Source: a bacterium
Lineage (GTDB): Bacteria > SAR324 > NAC60-12
DNA length: 64,000 bases
Direction of reading: 5' to 3'
NCBI GenBank assembly: GCA_965233585.1
Contig: CBDDTI010000746.1
Coordinates: 736,001-800,000, forward strand
Numbering within the stretch: position 1 is the first letter of the stretch; every line of letters starts with the position of its first letter. The notes under the pieces are model-generated. The model had not been told where the DNA came from. It worked only from the letters and a program-made list of their open reading frames with translations, and ran no database searches. Below are positions 47,001-57,065 of this stretch, in pieces. Both the position numbers and the translations under genes were made by a program.

Positions 47001-47399
47001 TCACTCTGCAGTTGTGCCAAAAATGATACGTTTTGCTCCAACTTCTTTGAGCAAGTTCATCAAAAAAACGGTTGTGCCATGTTTGACACGTTTGTCAATA
47101 TGCAATGCAATCACAGAATCTGGCTGTTCCTTCATCAAAGAAGCAATGCGTTGTTGCAACTGGTCTTGTTGCATTTTTTGATTTTGAAACCAGAAAGTTT
47201 CATCGTCTTTGACAATGATTGTAGGAATGGTAGCACTGCCTTTTTCATTCTGTTTGCTTTGAGGCAATTTGAGACCAATCGCACCTTCATCTACAATTTG
47301 GGAAGAGACTGCAAAAAAGATGATTAAAACAAACAAGACATCAATGAAAGGAGTCAAAAGCGGTGCTGGTTTTTTACGGTGCCGATGAAAGAACTTCAT
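47001..47399 (-). CDS. exbD: ExbD/TolR family protein
   Basis: LTPFIDVLFVLIIFF, LKLPQS. Confidence 0.9.
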   Translation of the reverse strand: MKFFHRHRKKPAPLLTPFIDVLFVLIIFFAVSSQIVDEGAIGLKLPQSKQNEKGSATIPTIIVKDDETFWFQNQKMQQDQLQQRIASLMKEQPDSVIALHIDKRVKHGTTVFLMNLLKEVGAKRIIFGTTAE

Positions 47400-48052
47400 G
47401 ATGGATTTGGGAACAACAGCTGATAAAATTGCAACGTTTCTCTTTCTAATTGCAAAGCTAAAGCCTCAACTTTTCTGGAAAAATAGCCGTATGCCAAAGA
47501 AGCAGGAATGGCGATCGCCAATCCAAAGACGGTGGTGATGAGTGCTTGAGAAATTCCGCTGCTCAAGGCACTGGTGCGGTCTAACGTCTGCAAAGACAGG
47601 TTTGCAAACACATCAATCATGCCAAGAGAAGTGCCAAGTAGTCCCATAAGGGGTGCCAACCCTATTGTGGTTTCCAAAAAAGACAACCCTCTTTCAAGCA
47701 AATAAATTTCATGTCTGGCATGCACCTCTACCGATTCACGAAAGTCAGTTTGATTGGAGTGATGTGAGGCATGTTTGAGAACCCTTGCAATGGGAAGATG
47801 AGACAAGGTCAAAAAATGTTGCAACTTCTCAGGATTTTGTAAGGCAATTTGTTGAAGCTGTTGTATCTGTTTTTTTGGAAAAAGCCTTCCCCGGCGAATC
47901 ATAAAAGCTCTTTCAATAGCAATCGTTAAAGTCATTAACGAAAGCACCCAAAGGGGAATCATCATAATTCCCCCACGTTCATACAACATTTGAAAGACTT
48001 CCAGTTGCAAAAATTCTGGAATCATCGCGTTAAATGAATCAAATGCTCCCAT
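47396..48052 (-). CDS. exbB: MotA/TolQ/ExbB proton channel protein
   Basis: APLMGLLGT, GISQALITTVFGLAIAIP. Confidence 0.9.
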   Translation of the reverse strand: MGAFDSFNAMIPEFLQLEVFQMLYERGGIMMIPLWVLSLMTLTIAIERAFMIRRGRLFPKKQIQQLQQIALQNPEKLQHFLTLSHLPIARVLKHASHHSNQTDFRESVEVHARHEIYLLERGLSFLETTIGLAPLMGLLGTSLGMIDVFANLSLQTLDRTSALSSGISQALITTVFGLAIAIPASLAYGYFSRKVEALALQLERETLQFYQLLFPNPS

Positions 48053-49200
48053 CGTCCTTGATTTTCAAAAACTTGTGCTTGTTGTGAAGAATGACAAGCT
48101 CTTTGGATTGAGACAGCAGAACTGACACAGAACCCGACGCTGTCTGCATATTTTTTCATGTAATCCAAAGCACTGACTGGCTTCTTTCCCTCCGCCCAGT
48201 CTCCCATGACCAAATAGCATGAACCACTCGGTTTGAGTATCCTCCTCAATTTAAGTAACACCTGACGAAATTGCTCCCGCCATTTTCCTGAAACACCAAA
48301 ACGTTTGGCTCCTAGCTCACCTTTTTGAAAGCTCTCTGAAACCAAATTAAGCCACTGCATTCTTAGCTGATGTTGTTGGTAATAATCGTAAGTGCCAGGG
48401 TAAGGAGGGCTTGAAAGAATGAAGTCCATTGTGCCTGCTTGGAGTTCTTGAAAGTGTGACATATTCTGGCAAAAGACAGTGGCAGAATTTGCATGAAAGC
48501 CGACTTTTTTAGAAAACTTCGTTTGTGCCTCAACCAGCTCCTGAGTTTTAGAAATCATCATGCGAGAAAATGCTCCTTTGGGGTACTGAATAGGCTGTTT
48601 TGAAACCTGTGAGCTAGAGTCAGATGAGTAATAAGAATATTTAACAACGAGTGAAGAAAACACTGCCTGTAACGTCTGCTTGTCTGTGTCATACTGAAGT
48701 CCATCAATGGCTTCAATCCACTCCAACGCTTCTACAAAAAGATGAGGTGGGTAGCTCTGCCTCAACGCCTGCAAGTGAGGTCTATTGAACTTTTTGCGAT
48801 ATTTGAACTTTTGGGAGTTGGTCACCCGTTCTGCAATCCTTTTAGCATGAGAGACAACATGAGACTGCCTTTGTATCAAACGGGTACGTTCTTTGGCAAT
48901 CAGGCAGGCAATCGGGTTGAGGTCATTGCCAAAGACTTTTAAATTTTTCAACATGCCTTCCACAAGAACCGTTCCCCCACCCATGAATGGATCAAACACG
49001 CTTTGATTCGCTTTTCCCACTTCCTGAAAAAGAGTATGTGCAATTTTAGGGTGAAAGCGTCCGGGGTACGCATGGAATTTGTGAGTCAGAAAATGTTGTC
49101 CATACTGAGAGGCTTGAAACGCCTTCAAAAGTAACCCTGAATTTTTACCAAATTGTTTAATGTCAAGGTCTGCTTGAGATGCAGAACGTCTGTGATTCAT
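48022..49200 (-). CDS. Orphan amino-DNA methyltransferase (N4-cytosine-like)
   Basis: THKFHAYPGRF, motif I DPFMGGGT, motif IV SPPY, RILKPSG. Confidence 0.75.
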   Translation of the reverse strand: MNHRRSASQADLDIKQFGKNSGLLLKAFQASQYGQHFLTHKFHAYPGRFHPKIAHTLFQEVGKANQSVFDPFMGGGTVLVEGMLKNLKVFGNDLNPIACLIAKERTRLIQRQSHVVSHAKRIAERVTNSQKFKYRKKFNRPHLQALRQSYPPHLFVEALEWIEAIDGLQYDTDKQTLQAVFSSLVVKYSYYSSDSSSQVSKQPIQYPKGAFSRMMISKTQELVEAQTKFSKKVGFHANSATVFCQNMSHFQELQAGTMDFILSSPPYPGTYDYYQQHQLRMQWLNLVSESFQKGELGAKRFGVSGKWREQFRQVLLKLRRILKPSGSCYLVMGDWAEGKKPVSALDYMKKYADSVGFCVSSAVSIQRACHSSQQAQVFENQGRWEHLIHLTR

Positions 49201-49220
49201 AAACCTTTGCTAACCTTCGC

Positions 49221-49691
49221 CTACAACGATTGAATTTGCATTGAGATAGAAATCATCTCTAAAGCGGCAATCATCGCATCAGCACCTTTATTACCCCCCT
49301 TGATTCCTGAACGTTCAAAAGCCTGTTCCATCGTTTCAACAGTGATGACCCCTAAAATGATGGGTGTGTTCAACTCTAAAGAAACAGCACCAATTCCATT
49401 TGAAGCGTGCGAGCAAACATAATCATAGTGGCTGGTGTCGCCGCGAATGACAGCACCCAAGCAGACAATGGCATCATATTTTTGTTTTTGTGCAAGTTGT
49501 TTGGCAATCAAAGGCAATTCATAAGCGCCGGGAACATGAACAACGACAAGCTGTTCTTCTTGTCCTCCATGTGCTTTAAACGTTTCTGTCGCCCCCTGTT
49601 CTAGCTTCTCTGTGATGGTGCGGTTGAAGTCAGAAACAACAATCGCTACTTGAGCAGAAGAAAGGATTCTTTGAGGTCGTAAAATTTTCAT
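49221..49691 (-). CDS. ribH: 6,7-dimethyl-8-ribityllumazine synthase
   Basis: VPGAYELP, LGAVIRGDTSHYDYV, NKG. Confidence 0.97.
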   Translation of the reverse strand: MKILRPQRILSSAQVAIVVSDFNRTITEKLEQGATETFKAHGGQEEQLVVVHVPGAYELPLIAKQLAQKQKYDAIVCLGAVIRGDTSHYDYVCSHASNGIGAVSLELNTPIILGVITVETMEQAFERSGIKGGNKGADAMIAALEMISISMQIQSL

Positions 49692-49703
49692 TGTTTCAGT
49701 TAT

Positions 49704-51035
49704 TTAAAGTTCAAGGTTTGTAAAGATTTCCAAAGCGGCTTCTCCAAGGACGTCTTGGTGGTCTAAATCTCGCTTAATGCTTAAGTCTCTTTCAGTCATC
49801 AAATCTACAAAAAAAGGTTTGGCGAAGTCATTGCCATCAGCATCACGAAACACAACAACCTGCGGTCTTTCTAAATCGTCTTTTGGCACATTGACCACAA
49901 AAGCAAGCGTTCCATCACTTAACTCTAACAATGAGCTTTTGGGATACATTCCCATTGAATTGACAAAGTCGTTCCAAACATCTTGGTCAAATTCCACCCC
50001 TGCCAAAGAGCTGATAAAACGAATGGCAGCAGGAGGCGCCCACGAACGTTTGTAGGAACGTCTGCCTACCAATGCTTGATACACATCAACAATGGAGGTA
50101 AGCCGTGTTTCGTAGAGGACATCTTGATAACTCACACCTTGAGGATAGCTGGAATTAAGTGAATCATTGCACTTGACATGATGATATTGAGCCATGTTGA
50201 CAATGTATTCAGGCATGCCCATTTCGCTGAGTAATTGCCCACCAAAAACGGGGTGAGACTGCAACATCTTCATCTCTGCACTTTCACGTTCAAAACGTTC
50301 ATTGCTTTCCAAAATGTCTTTTGGCACTTTTGCTTTGCCAAAGTCGTGCATGAATGCCCCAAACATTGCAAAATTACGGTCTTTAAAAATCGGGGCTTGT
50401 CCTTTTCGTGCTTTGATGTCGTAGTAAACGGTTGTAAAAATGGCAGCGGCATCTATACAATGCGCATAAGTTTGGTCGCTACTTTCCAAAGAGGCAACAG
50501 CACTCAATGCTTCAGAGGTGGAATTATTCATGATGTTGTCAATGCTGTATTTGACTTCTTTGGGGTTCGGTTTACCCAGCCTCGTTTTCTCCAGCATATT
50601 TTCTGCAGCCTCTTGACCTTGCTTTCTAAATTTCAATGCTTCTTTGGTCTTAGCAATGAACTCACTTGCTTCTCTAATGCCTTGTTCATTGATTGCTTTT
50701 TTTGAAGAACTGTTATCAGAGTTGACAATCATAAACTCAGTGAAGCCTCTCTTTTCCAGCTCTACTAGTAATCCTTGGGACACAAGCGTCAGCTGTTGGA
50801 GCGTGTTAGGAAGGTCAAAAATTTTGAGAAGTTGGTCTCCTTCTTTTAAATCTTTTGGGTTGCATGTTTTTTGAGACCCATTGCGATTGATGTCAACGAG
50901 GGTGCCTGGGAAATTGTGAGAGAGGAAACGAATCTGCTTATTTGTCATCTGTTTGTAGTCTTCAGAAAATCCTACAAATTCAAAAATTCGCATATTAGGC
51001 TTCAAGTTTTTCAAAGCCATCTTTTTGTAATCCAT
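49704..51035 (-). CDS. HD-GYP domain phosphodiesterase
   Basis: MHDFGK, HP..G, HH, SYPQG, DVYQAL...RSYK. Confidence 0.85.
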   Translation of the reverse strand: MDYKKMALKNLKPNMRIFEFVGFSEDYKQMTNKQIRFLSHNFPGTLVDINRNGSQKTCNPKDLKEGDQLLKIFDLPNTLQQLTLVSQGLLVELEKRGFTEFMIVNSDNSSSKKAINEQGIREASEFIAKTKEALKFRKQGQEAAENMLEKTRLGKPNPKEVKYSIDNIMNNSTSEALSAVASLESSDQTYAHCIDAAAIFTTVYYDIKARKGQAPIFKDRNFAMFGAFMHDFGKAKVPKDILESNERFERESAEMKMLQSHPVFGGQLLSEMGMPEYIVNMAQYHHVKCNDSLNSSYPQGVSYQDVLYETRLTSIVDVYQALVGRRSYKRSWAPPAAIRFISSLAGVEFDQDVWNDFVNSMGMYPKSSLLELSDGTLAFVVNVPKDDLERPQVVVFRDADGNDFAKPFFVDLMTERDLSIKRDLDHQDVLGEAALEIFTNLEL

Positions 51036-51038
51036 AAT

Positions 51039-51365
51039 TTAAGATGTTTGAGATTGACAAATAGGGCATTGGCAAATGTTCCGCAACATACGGAAAGTGT
51101 AAATGCCAGTCTGATGATTGTCAGACCATGAAATGTTTAATGCGTAACTCCCAACGTAGTAGCAGTTGACAATGGAGACATGGGTTGGAATTTGAGTGGG
51201 GTCTAAAATTTTTTCCCCTGTCAATTCATGGATACACACTGCACAAGGACAGGCACAACGTAGGGTAAAGAAATCATATCGGCTTTCATGCCCATCTTTC
51301 CACAAGATGTATAAATCCTTGTCAAAAAGAACTGCCTCTACACGATGATGCCCCCTTTTTTTCAT
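51039..51365 (-). CDS. DUF971 / GBBH-like N-terminal domain protein
   Basis: WKDGHES, LRCACPCAVC, VGSYAL.ISWSDNHQTGIY. Confidence 0.9.
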   Translation of the reverse strand: MKKRGHHRVEAVLFDKDLYILWKDGHESRYDFFTLRCACPCAVCIHELTGEKILDPTQIPTHVSIVNCYYVGSYALNISWSDNHQTGIYTFRMLRNICQCPICQSQTS

Positions 51366-51504
51366 ATCGCAAATCTTCTCAAATATGTTACACTTCAGGC
51401 GTTGCTGTTTTCACCAATCTTGTTGAAGTCAGCTTTTTAACAAATCCCGCTTATCATTGTAAATGTAAAAGGTTTCAAGGTCATCAATTTCTTTTCTTCA
51501 AAAT

Positions 51505-52371
51505 ATGAAAGGCGTTATTTTAGCAGCTGGTTATGCCACTCGTTTTCTACCTGCATCAAAGACCATTCCCAAAGAAATGTTCCCACTGATTGACACCCCT
51601 GTCATAGACTACATGGTGCGTGAAATGGTAGATTCAGGCATTCATGATATTTTGCTTGTCTCCTCAAGACGAAAAAAATCAATGGAAGACTATTTTGACC
51701 GTGAAGTTGAGCTTTCTAGCCAGTTTACTGCCACACAAAAGTTTGACAAGCTGGAGGTGATTCAACCCATTGAAGCCAATATCTTCATGCTCAGACAGCA
51801 ATACATGATGGGGACAGGCAATGCCTTAAAACTGGTCAAGCCTTTTGTTGACGACTCTCCTTTTGTAGTCGCTTATCCTGATGACATCGTCTTGAGTGAG
51901 ATTCCACTGACTAAACAACTCATTGATGCGTATCAACAAACAGGCAACACCCTTTTAGCTGTGCAAAAACTTGAGACAGGTGACATTTCTCGCTATGGAG
52001 TAATTGACCCTGAAACTGAAGGTTCTTTGATGAAAGTTAGAAAGATGGTTGAAAAACCTACCCAAGGCAAAGAACCCAGCCGTTTTGTCTCTTATGGACG
52101 CTATCTTTACACTGCTGATATTTTTGACAAATTAGAATCACACGTTCCAACGGCTCACTCTCACACCGAATTTACACAAACAGAAGTCATCAATCTCCTT
52201 GCTAAACAAGGTCAAGTCTCGGCATTACAATTTCAAGGAATCCGCTACGATGTTGGAGAACCTTTAGGCTACATTCAAGCAACCCTTAAAATATCCCTGA
52301 CAAGAGCTGATTTCAGAAAGCCTATGCTTGACTACATGAAACAAATCCTTCAAGAAGAAGGAATTTGTTAA
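51505..52371 (+). CDS. galU: UTP--glucose-1-phosphate uridylyltransferase
   Basis: AAGYATRFLPASKTIPKEM, EDYFD, MVEKP, GRY, RYDVG. Confidence 0.9.
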   Translation: MKGVILAAGYATRFLPASKTIPKEMFPLIDTPVIDYMVREMVDSGIHDILLVSSRRKKSMEDYFDREVELSSQFTATQKFDKLEVIQPIEANIFMLRQQYMMGTGNALKLVKPFVDDSPFVVAYPDDIVLSEIPLTKQLIDAYQQTGNTLLAVQKLETGDISRYGVIDPETEGSLMKVRKMVEKPTQGKEPSRFVSYGRYLYTADIFDKLESHVPTAHSHTEFTQTEVINLLAKQGQVSALQFQGIRYDVGEPLGYIQATLKISLTRADFRKPMLDYMKQILQEEGIC

Positions 52372-52420
52372 GTTTCATACTTTTTGAGTCAAGAATAAGT
52401 CTTGTTGAGGCAGTCCAACC

Positions 52421-53590
52421 ATGAAACTGGTGTTTCGTCATCTTGCCAATTCAGTCAGGGTTTGCATTCTGTTAATGGTTTTTTTTCCATTTTCGGGAAT
52501 GGCTCAGAACATGGTGTCTGCAAATCATGGATTACCTTACGCCGTAGGAGGCATGGCATTTGATCAATCCAAGTTTCAAACTCCTGCAAAAACACTTTCA
52601 GTCAGGTATTGGCATTCTTCCAAAGTTATCATTACTCTTGACCGTGCTGTGCCTTATGTTTACGGGATTCTCTCAAAACTTTCAGGTCAGCAACGGATTT
52701 ATCTTGACCTCTTTGATACTACCCTGACCACACAATTACAACAACCAGTTGAATCCCAAGCCTCTCAAAATTCCCCAAAAATTTATCAGTTGAATCCAAG
52801 AATTGTCCGCTTTGAGATGATGGTCAACGGTTTAAGTTCGGTCGTTGCAATGGACTACGATGCAGTCGGTCAAAGACAAATTATTTTAGAGGCAAGATTT
52901 TTACAAAGTTCATCAAAAAAAAAAGATTCACCAGACAAACGGGCAATCATCATTGACGCAGGACATGGAGGTGAGGCTTTGGGAGCAGTTGCCAACGGAT
53001 TGGAAGAACATGCTATCGTTTTACAAGCGGCTCTTTTTTTACAAAAAGAGTTGAAGGCACTGACAAAAATCCCTGTGTTACTCACCAGACAAACGAACAA
53101 AACGATGTCCATTGATGAGCGACTTGCCTTTGCAGACAAACATCATGGCTCGCTGTTGATTTCCATTCATGCCAACGCATACCGTGACCCCAAAGTGAGA
53201 GGGACAGAAGTGTATTTTTTAAACAGCACTGAGGACCAGAGTGTGTCTAATTTAGCGTCTCGTGAAAATGAGATGAGCCTTGCAGAATTGCAAAAGTTTC
53301 AAAAAATCTTGACTGATTTAAAGCTAGGGACTCACATTGCACGTTCTGAAAAACTGGCAAAGTCTGTTCATTTTCATCTAATTAAGAGTTTGAAAAAACG
53401 TTACACCACCCGTGATATGGGAGTGAAACAAGCCCCCTTTTTAATTCTTTTTGCAAATATTCCTGCTATTTTGGTGGAGTTAGAATTTCTAACCAATCCT
53501 CAAGCGGCAAAATTACTCACCTCTCAAACCTACCTTCAAACGACAGCTCAAGGTATTGCAAAAGGAGTAATGACGTTTCTCAACAAGTAA
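52421..53590 (+). CDS. N-acetylmuramoyl-L-alanine amidase (AMIN plus Amidase_3)
   Basis: IDAGHGG, ISIHANA, PAILVELEFLTN. Confidence 0.9.
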   Translation: MKLVFRHLANSVRVCILLMVFFPFSGMAQNMVSANHGLPYAVGGMAFDQSKFQTPAKTLSVRYWHSSKVIITLDRAVPYVYGILSKLSGQQRIYLDLFDTTLTTQLQQPVESQASQNSPKIYQLNPRIVRFEMMVNGLSSVVAMDYDAVGQRQIILEARFLQSSSKKKDSPDKRAIIIDAGHGGEALGAVANGLEEHAIVLQAALFLQKELKALTKIPVLLTRQTNKTMSIDERLAFADKHHGSLLISIHANAYRDPKVRGTEVYFLNSTEDQSVSNLASRENEMSLAELQKFQKILTDLKLGTHIARSEKLAKSVHFHLIKSLKKRYTTRDMGVKQAPFLILFANIPAILVELEFLTNPQAAKLLTSQTYLQTTAQGIAKGVMTFLNK

Positions 53591-53598
53591 CGTATCTT

Positions 53599-54915
53599 TC
53601 AAACTTGGAATTGTAATTCTCTATCCAGATGGCTTGTGCTTTCTATGATGTCTCCATCGCAAAAGACTGTTTCACCTGCCACCAACGTCCGCTGAATCAC
53701 CCCTTGAATCGTCCAATGATGATAAGGAGACCAGTTGACTTTAGTATGTAACTTGCCATTGGTAATCGTCTGGGATTGGTTCATGTCAACCAAGGCAAAA
53801 TCTGCATCATACCCAATTTCAATGCGTCCTTTGTTGGCAATGCGATAAAGTGATGCTGGTGCTTGTGCTGTCCACTTGGCAACATCAAGAAGGGAGCATA
53901 AACCCTGTGCTGCTTGATTGAGCATGAGTGGCAAAAGTGTTTCAACGCCGGGCATTCCAGAAGGCGCCTTGCCGTAGGGTTGATTCTTTTCTTCAATCGT
54001 ATGGGGTGCGTGGTCTGTAGCGACGCAGTCAATGATGCCATCTTTGAGCGCCTGCCATAATGCAGTTGCATGCCGTTTGGAACGCAAGGGTGGGTTCATT
54101 TGTGCAAATGTGCCTAGTTTTTCATAGCATTCTGGGGCAATAAGCAAAAATGCTTGGGGACAAACTTCTGATGAAATACGATTGTCTTTTGGAATCCTCC
54201 TTAAAAGTCTGGTTTCTTCTTGAGTCGTGAGATGCAACAGATGCAAACGTCTTTGATACTTCAGAGAAAGCTCAACAGCTAATTCTGAAGCACTCAATGC
54301 CGCAGAGGCGTCCCTAAACTGAGGGTGTTGCCTGACATCACTTGGTTCAATCAAGGTTTGGTTTTCGTTCAAAATAGACTCATCTTCTGCATGGGTGGCA
54401 ATGAGTCTTGTCCCATTGGCAAAGATGTGTTCAATCGCTTGAGGTTCGCTGACCAACAAATTTCCTGTGGAAGACCCCATAAAAATTTTGATTCCGCAAA
54501 CATTGGGGGTCTGATTCAGTTCATCAAGATTGTCTGGTGTCGCACCAATAAAAAATCCATAATTCACCAATGAATCTTTGTTGGCTCTTTCTTTTTTAGA
54601 GGCAATGCCATCAGCAGAAACGGCAGGAGGTTGATTGTTTGGCATGTCCAAAAAGCTGGTCACACCACCCGCAGCAGCAGCTCTTGAACCTGTGTAGAGA
54701 TTTTCTTTGTGTTCCCCTCCCGGTTCTCTAAAATGCACTTGTGGGTCAATGGCACCGGGCATGACAGTCAAACCTGTTGCATCAATGATTTGGTCTGCTT
54801 GTCCCAGCCTTTCCCCAATTTTTGCAATTTTGCCGTCTTCAATCAGCAAATCAGTCTTGGCAAGGCATGAGGGTAAAACCAGAGTTCCGCCCTGAATGAG
54901 TCTTGTCTTTGTCAT
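53599..54915 (-). CDS. pyrC: Dihydroorotase (class I, multifunctional-complex type)
   Basis: DPQVHFREPG, DMPN, KIFMGSSTG, MNPPLR, TDHAPH, SGMPGVET. Confidence 0.88.
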   Translation of the reverse strand: MTKTRLIQGGTLVLPSCLAKTDLLIEDGKIAKIGERLGQADQIIDATGLTVMPGAIDPQVHFREPGGEHKENLYTGSRAAAAGGVTSFLDMPNNQPPAVSADGIASKKERANKDSLVNYGFFIGATPDNLDELNQTPNVCGIKIFMGSSTGNLLVSEPQAIEHIFANGTRLIATHAEDESILNENQTLIEPSDVRQHPQFRDASAALSASELAVELSLKYQRRLHLLHLTTQEETRLLRRIPKDNRISSEVCPQAFLLIAPECYEKLGTFAQMNPPLRSKRHATALWQALKDGIIDCVATDHAPHTIEEKNQPYGKAPSGMPGVETLLPLMLNQAAQGLCSLLDVAKWTAQAPASLYRIANKGRIEIGYDADFALVDMNQSQTITNGKLHTKVNWSPYHHWTIQGVIQRTLVAGETVFCDGDIIESTSHLDRELQFQV

Positions 54916-54958
54916 CGTTTCTCTCTCAATTTTAATCTTTTTCTCAAACCTGATTGTT

Positions 54959-55936
54959 TCAATACTTTTCTTTCAATAACTGTCCTGCTTCCTTGGCAAA
55001 GTATGTCAAAATCATGTCAGCACCTGCTCTTTTAATGCCCAGCAGTGTCTCCCACATGACAGGTTCTTTTGCAAGCCAACCTTTTTGAGAGGCGGCAAGA
55101 ATCATCGCATATTCTCCTGACACTTGATATGCCGCCACTGGGACTTGTAACTCCCTCTTCACTAAGTGAATCATATCAAGAAAAGCAGGTTTGACCATAA
55201 TGACATCTGCCCCCTCTTCCCAATCCAGTTTGGCTTCTGTCAACGCTTCCAAAGAGTTCGCAACGTCCATTTGGTAGGTCTTTTTGTCCCCTGATGAGGG
55301 TGCTGAATTGAGAGCGTCTCGGAAGGGGGAATAAAGGGAGGAGGCATATTTGACAGAGTAAGCAAGGATTCCAACAGATTGGTAGCCTGCTTGGTCTAGC
55401 GCATCTCGGATTGCACCGACTCGTCCGTCCATCATATCAGAGGGGGCTACCCAATCTACACCTGCTTCTGCATGAGCCAATGCCATTTGGCAAAGCACTT
55501 TGACTGTTTCGTCATTGACCACTTGACCATCAACCACCAAGCCATCTTGACCATGAGAAGTGTAAGGGTCAAGGGCAATGTCAGTTTGAACGCAGAGTTC
55601 TGGAAACGCCTTTTTAATCTGGCGAATTGTAGAACAAATCAGATTATCAGGAGCATAAGCATTTGTTCCTAACTCATCTTTTTGACCAGAATCACAATGA
55701 CCAAATAAATTGACTGCACCAACACCTAACTTTAACAACTCTTCACATTCCCTAAGAACTTGGTCACATGAAAGTCTGTATTGATTGGGCATGGACTCAA
55801 TGGGTTCACGTTTGTTGACTCCGTCAATAACAAACATGGGATAGATTAAATCTTGGCAGGTCAGCACCGTTTCACAAACTAGTCTGCGAATAGCTTCTGA
55901 TTGACGCAAACGGCGTGGACGACGTTGTAATTTCAT
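54959..55936 (-). CDS. hemB: Porphobilinogen synthase
   Basis: RPRRLR, DPYTSHGQDG, APSDMMDGR, MVKPA, AYQVSGEY. Confidence 0.97.
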   Translation of the reverse strand: MKLQRRPRRLRQSEAIRRLVCETVLTCQDLIYPMFVIDGVNKREPIESMPNQYRLSCDQVLRECEELLKLGVGAVNLFGHCDSGQKDELGTNAYAPDNLICSTIRQIKKAFPELCVQTDIALDPYTSHGQDGLVVDGQVVNDETVKVLCQMALAHAEAGVDWVAPSDMMDGRVGAIRDALDQAGYQSVGILAYSVKYASSLYSPFRDALNSAPSSGDKKTYQMDVANSLEALTEAKLDWEEGADVIMVKPAFLDMIHLVKRELQVPVAAYQVSGEYAMILAASQKGWLAKEPVMWETLLGIKRAGADMILTYFAKEAGQLLKEKY

Positions 55937-57057
55937 AACTCTCCTTTTGCTTTGTTTTTTTCAAATCTACGCATTCTCACATTGAGCAATAAACCAATTC
56001 CAAACATAGATGAAAGCATAGATGAACCTCCATAACTAAAAAAAGGCAATGGCACACCCACCACGGGTAACAGCCCCAAAACCATGTCTATATTCACAAA
56101 AATTTGAGACGCCAAGACAAACACAACGCCAACAGTGATAATGACACTAGAACGGTTGGGAGGAGACCACAGAATGGACAAAGGCCATGTCAATAAGAGG
56201 AGGAATAAAAAGAGTACGACCATTGAGCCAATGAATCCTTGTTCTTCAGCAAAAATGGCAAAAATAAAATCAGTATGATGTGCAGGTAAGAAATTCAATG
56301 AACCTTGTGTCCCTTCCAAAAATCCCCTCCCACTGACCATGCCACTACCCACCGCAATTTTGGATTGAGAGACGTGATACCCAGACCCCAAAGGGTCTCG
56401 TTCTGGTGCAACAAACGTGAGAATACGGTCTTTTTGATAAGGTTTCAGGACAAACTGCCAGGCAATGGGGGCAGAAGCAACAGCAATACAGACTAACCAA
56501 AACGCCACACGTTTTTGAAGACCTACCAAAATAGTGATGACAATGAAAACAATCAGTAACAAAAGGGACGTTCCGAGGTCTGGCTGTTTGAGAATCATCA
56601 CAAATGGAATGCCCACAATCACAGAAGGAATGATGAGTTTGATGAATCCCAATTTGCCAATTCTCCAACTATGGCTGAAGTAACTTGCTAAGACAAGGAC
56701 TAAAGCGTATTTCGTCAGTTCAGAAGGTTGAATAAACACGCCTCCTACTCTTAACCAGCGCTTCACAGAAGACCCTTGCCCTCCTGTTCCCCAAAATAAG
56801 ACCATCGCCAATAAAGCAAGACTTATCATGTATAAAAACCAGCTGTACTTGACAAATAAACGGTAATCAAACAAGGTTACAGCAAACATTACAACAAAGC
56901 CCATCGCAAACCAATAAATTTGACGTATGGCTAAAGGGTAGAGAGTTGGGGAGTTGTATGTTGCCGCATACATGGTTGACCAACCAATGAGGCACAGAAT
57001 GACAACAAGGATAAAAAAGAACCAATCAAAGTTTGTGATGAGTCGTCTGTCAAACAT
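55933..57057 (-). CDS. rodA: Rod shape-determining protein RodA (SEDS family)
   Basis: QPSE, QPDLGT, PYQKDRI, DPLGSGY, AVGSG, HTDFIF, LPFFSYGGSS. Confidence 0.93.
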   Translation of the reverse strand: MFDRRLITNFDWFFFILVVILCLIGWSTMYAATYNSPTLYPLAIRQIYWFAMGFVVMFAVTLFDYRLFVKYSWFLYMISLALLAMVLFWGTGGQGSSVKRWLRVGGVFIQPSELTKYALVLVLASYFSHSWRIGKLGFIKLIIPSVIVGIPFVMILKQPDLGTSLLLLIVFIVITILVGLQKRVAFWLVCIAVASAPIAWQFVLKPYQKDRILTFVAPERDPLGSGYHVSQSKIAVGSGMVSGRGFLEGTQGSLNFLPAHHTDFIFAIFAEEQGFIGSMVVLFLFLLLLTWPLSILWSPPNRSSVIITVGVVFVLASQIFVNIDMVLGLLPVVGVPLPFFSYGGSSMLSSMFGIGLLLNVRMRRFEKNKAKGEL

Positions 57058-57065
57058 TAACTCTT

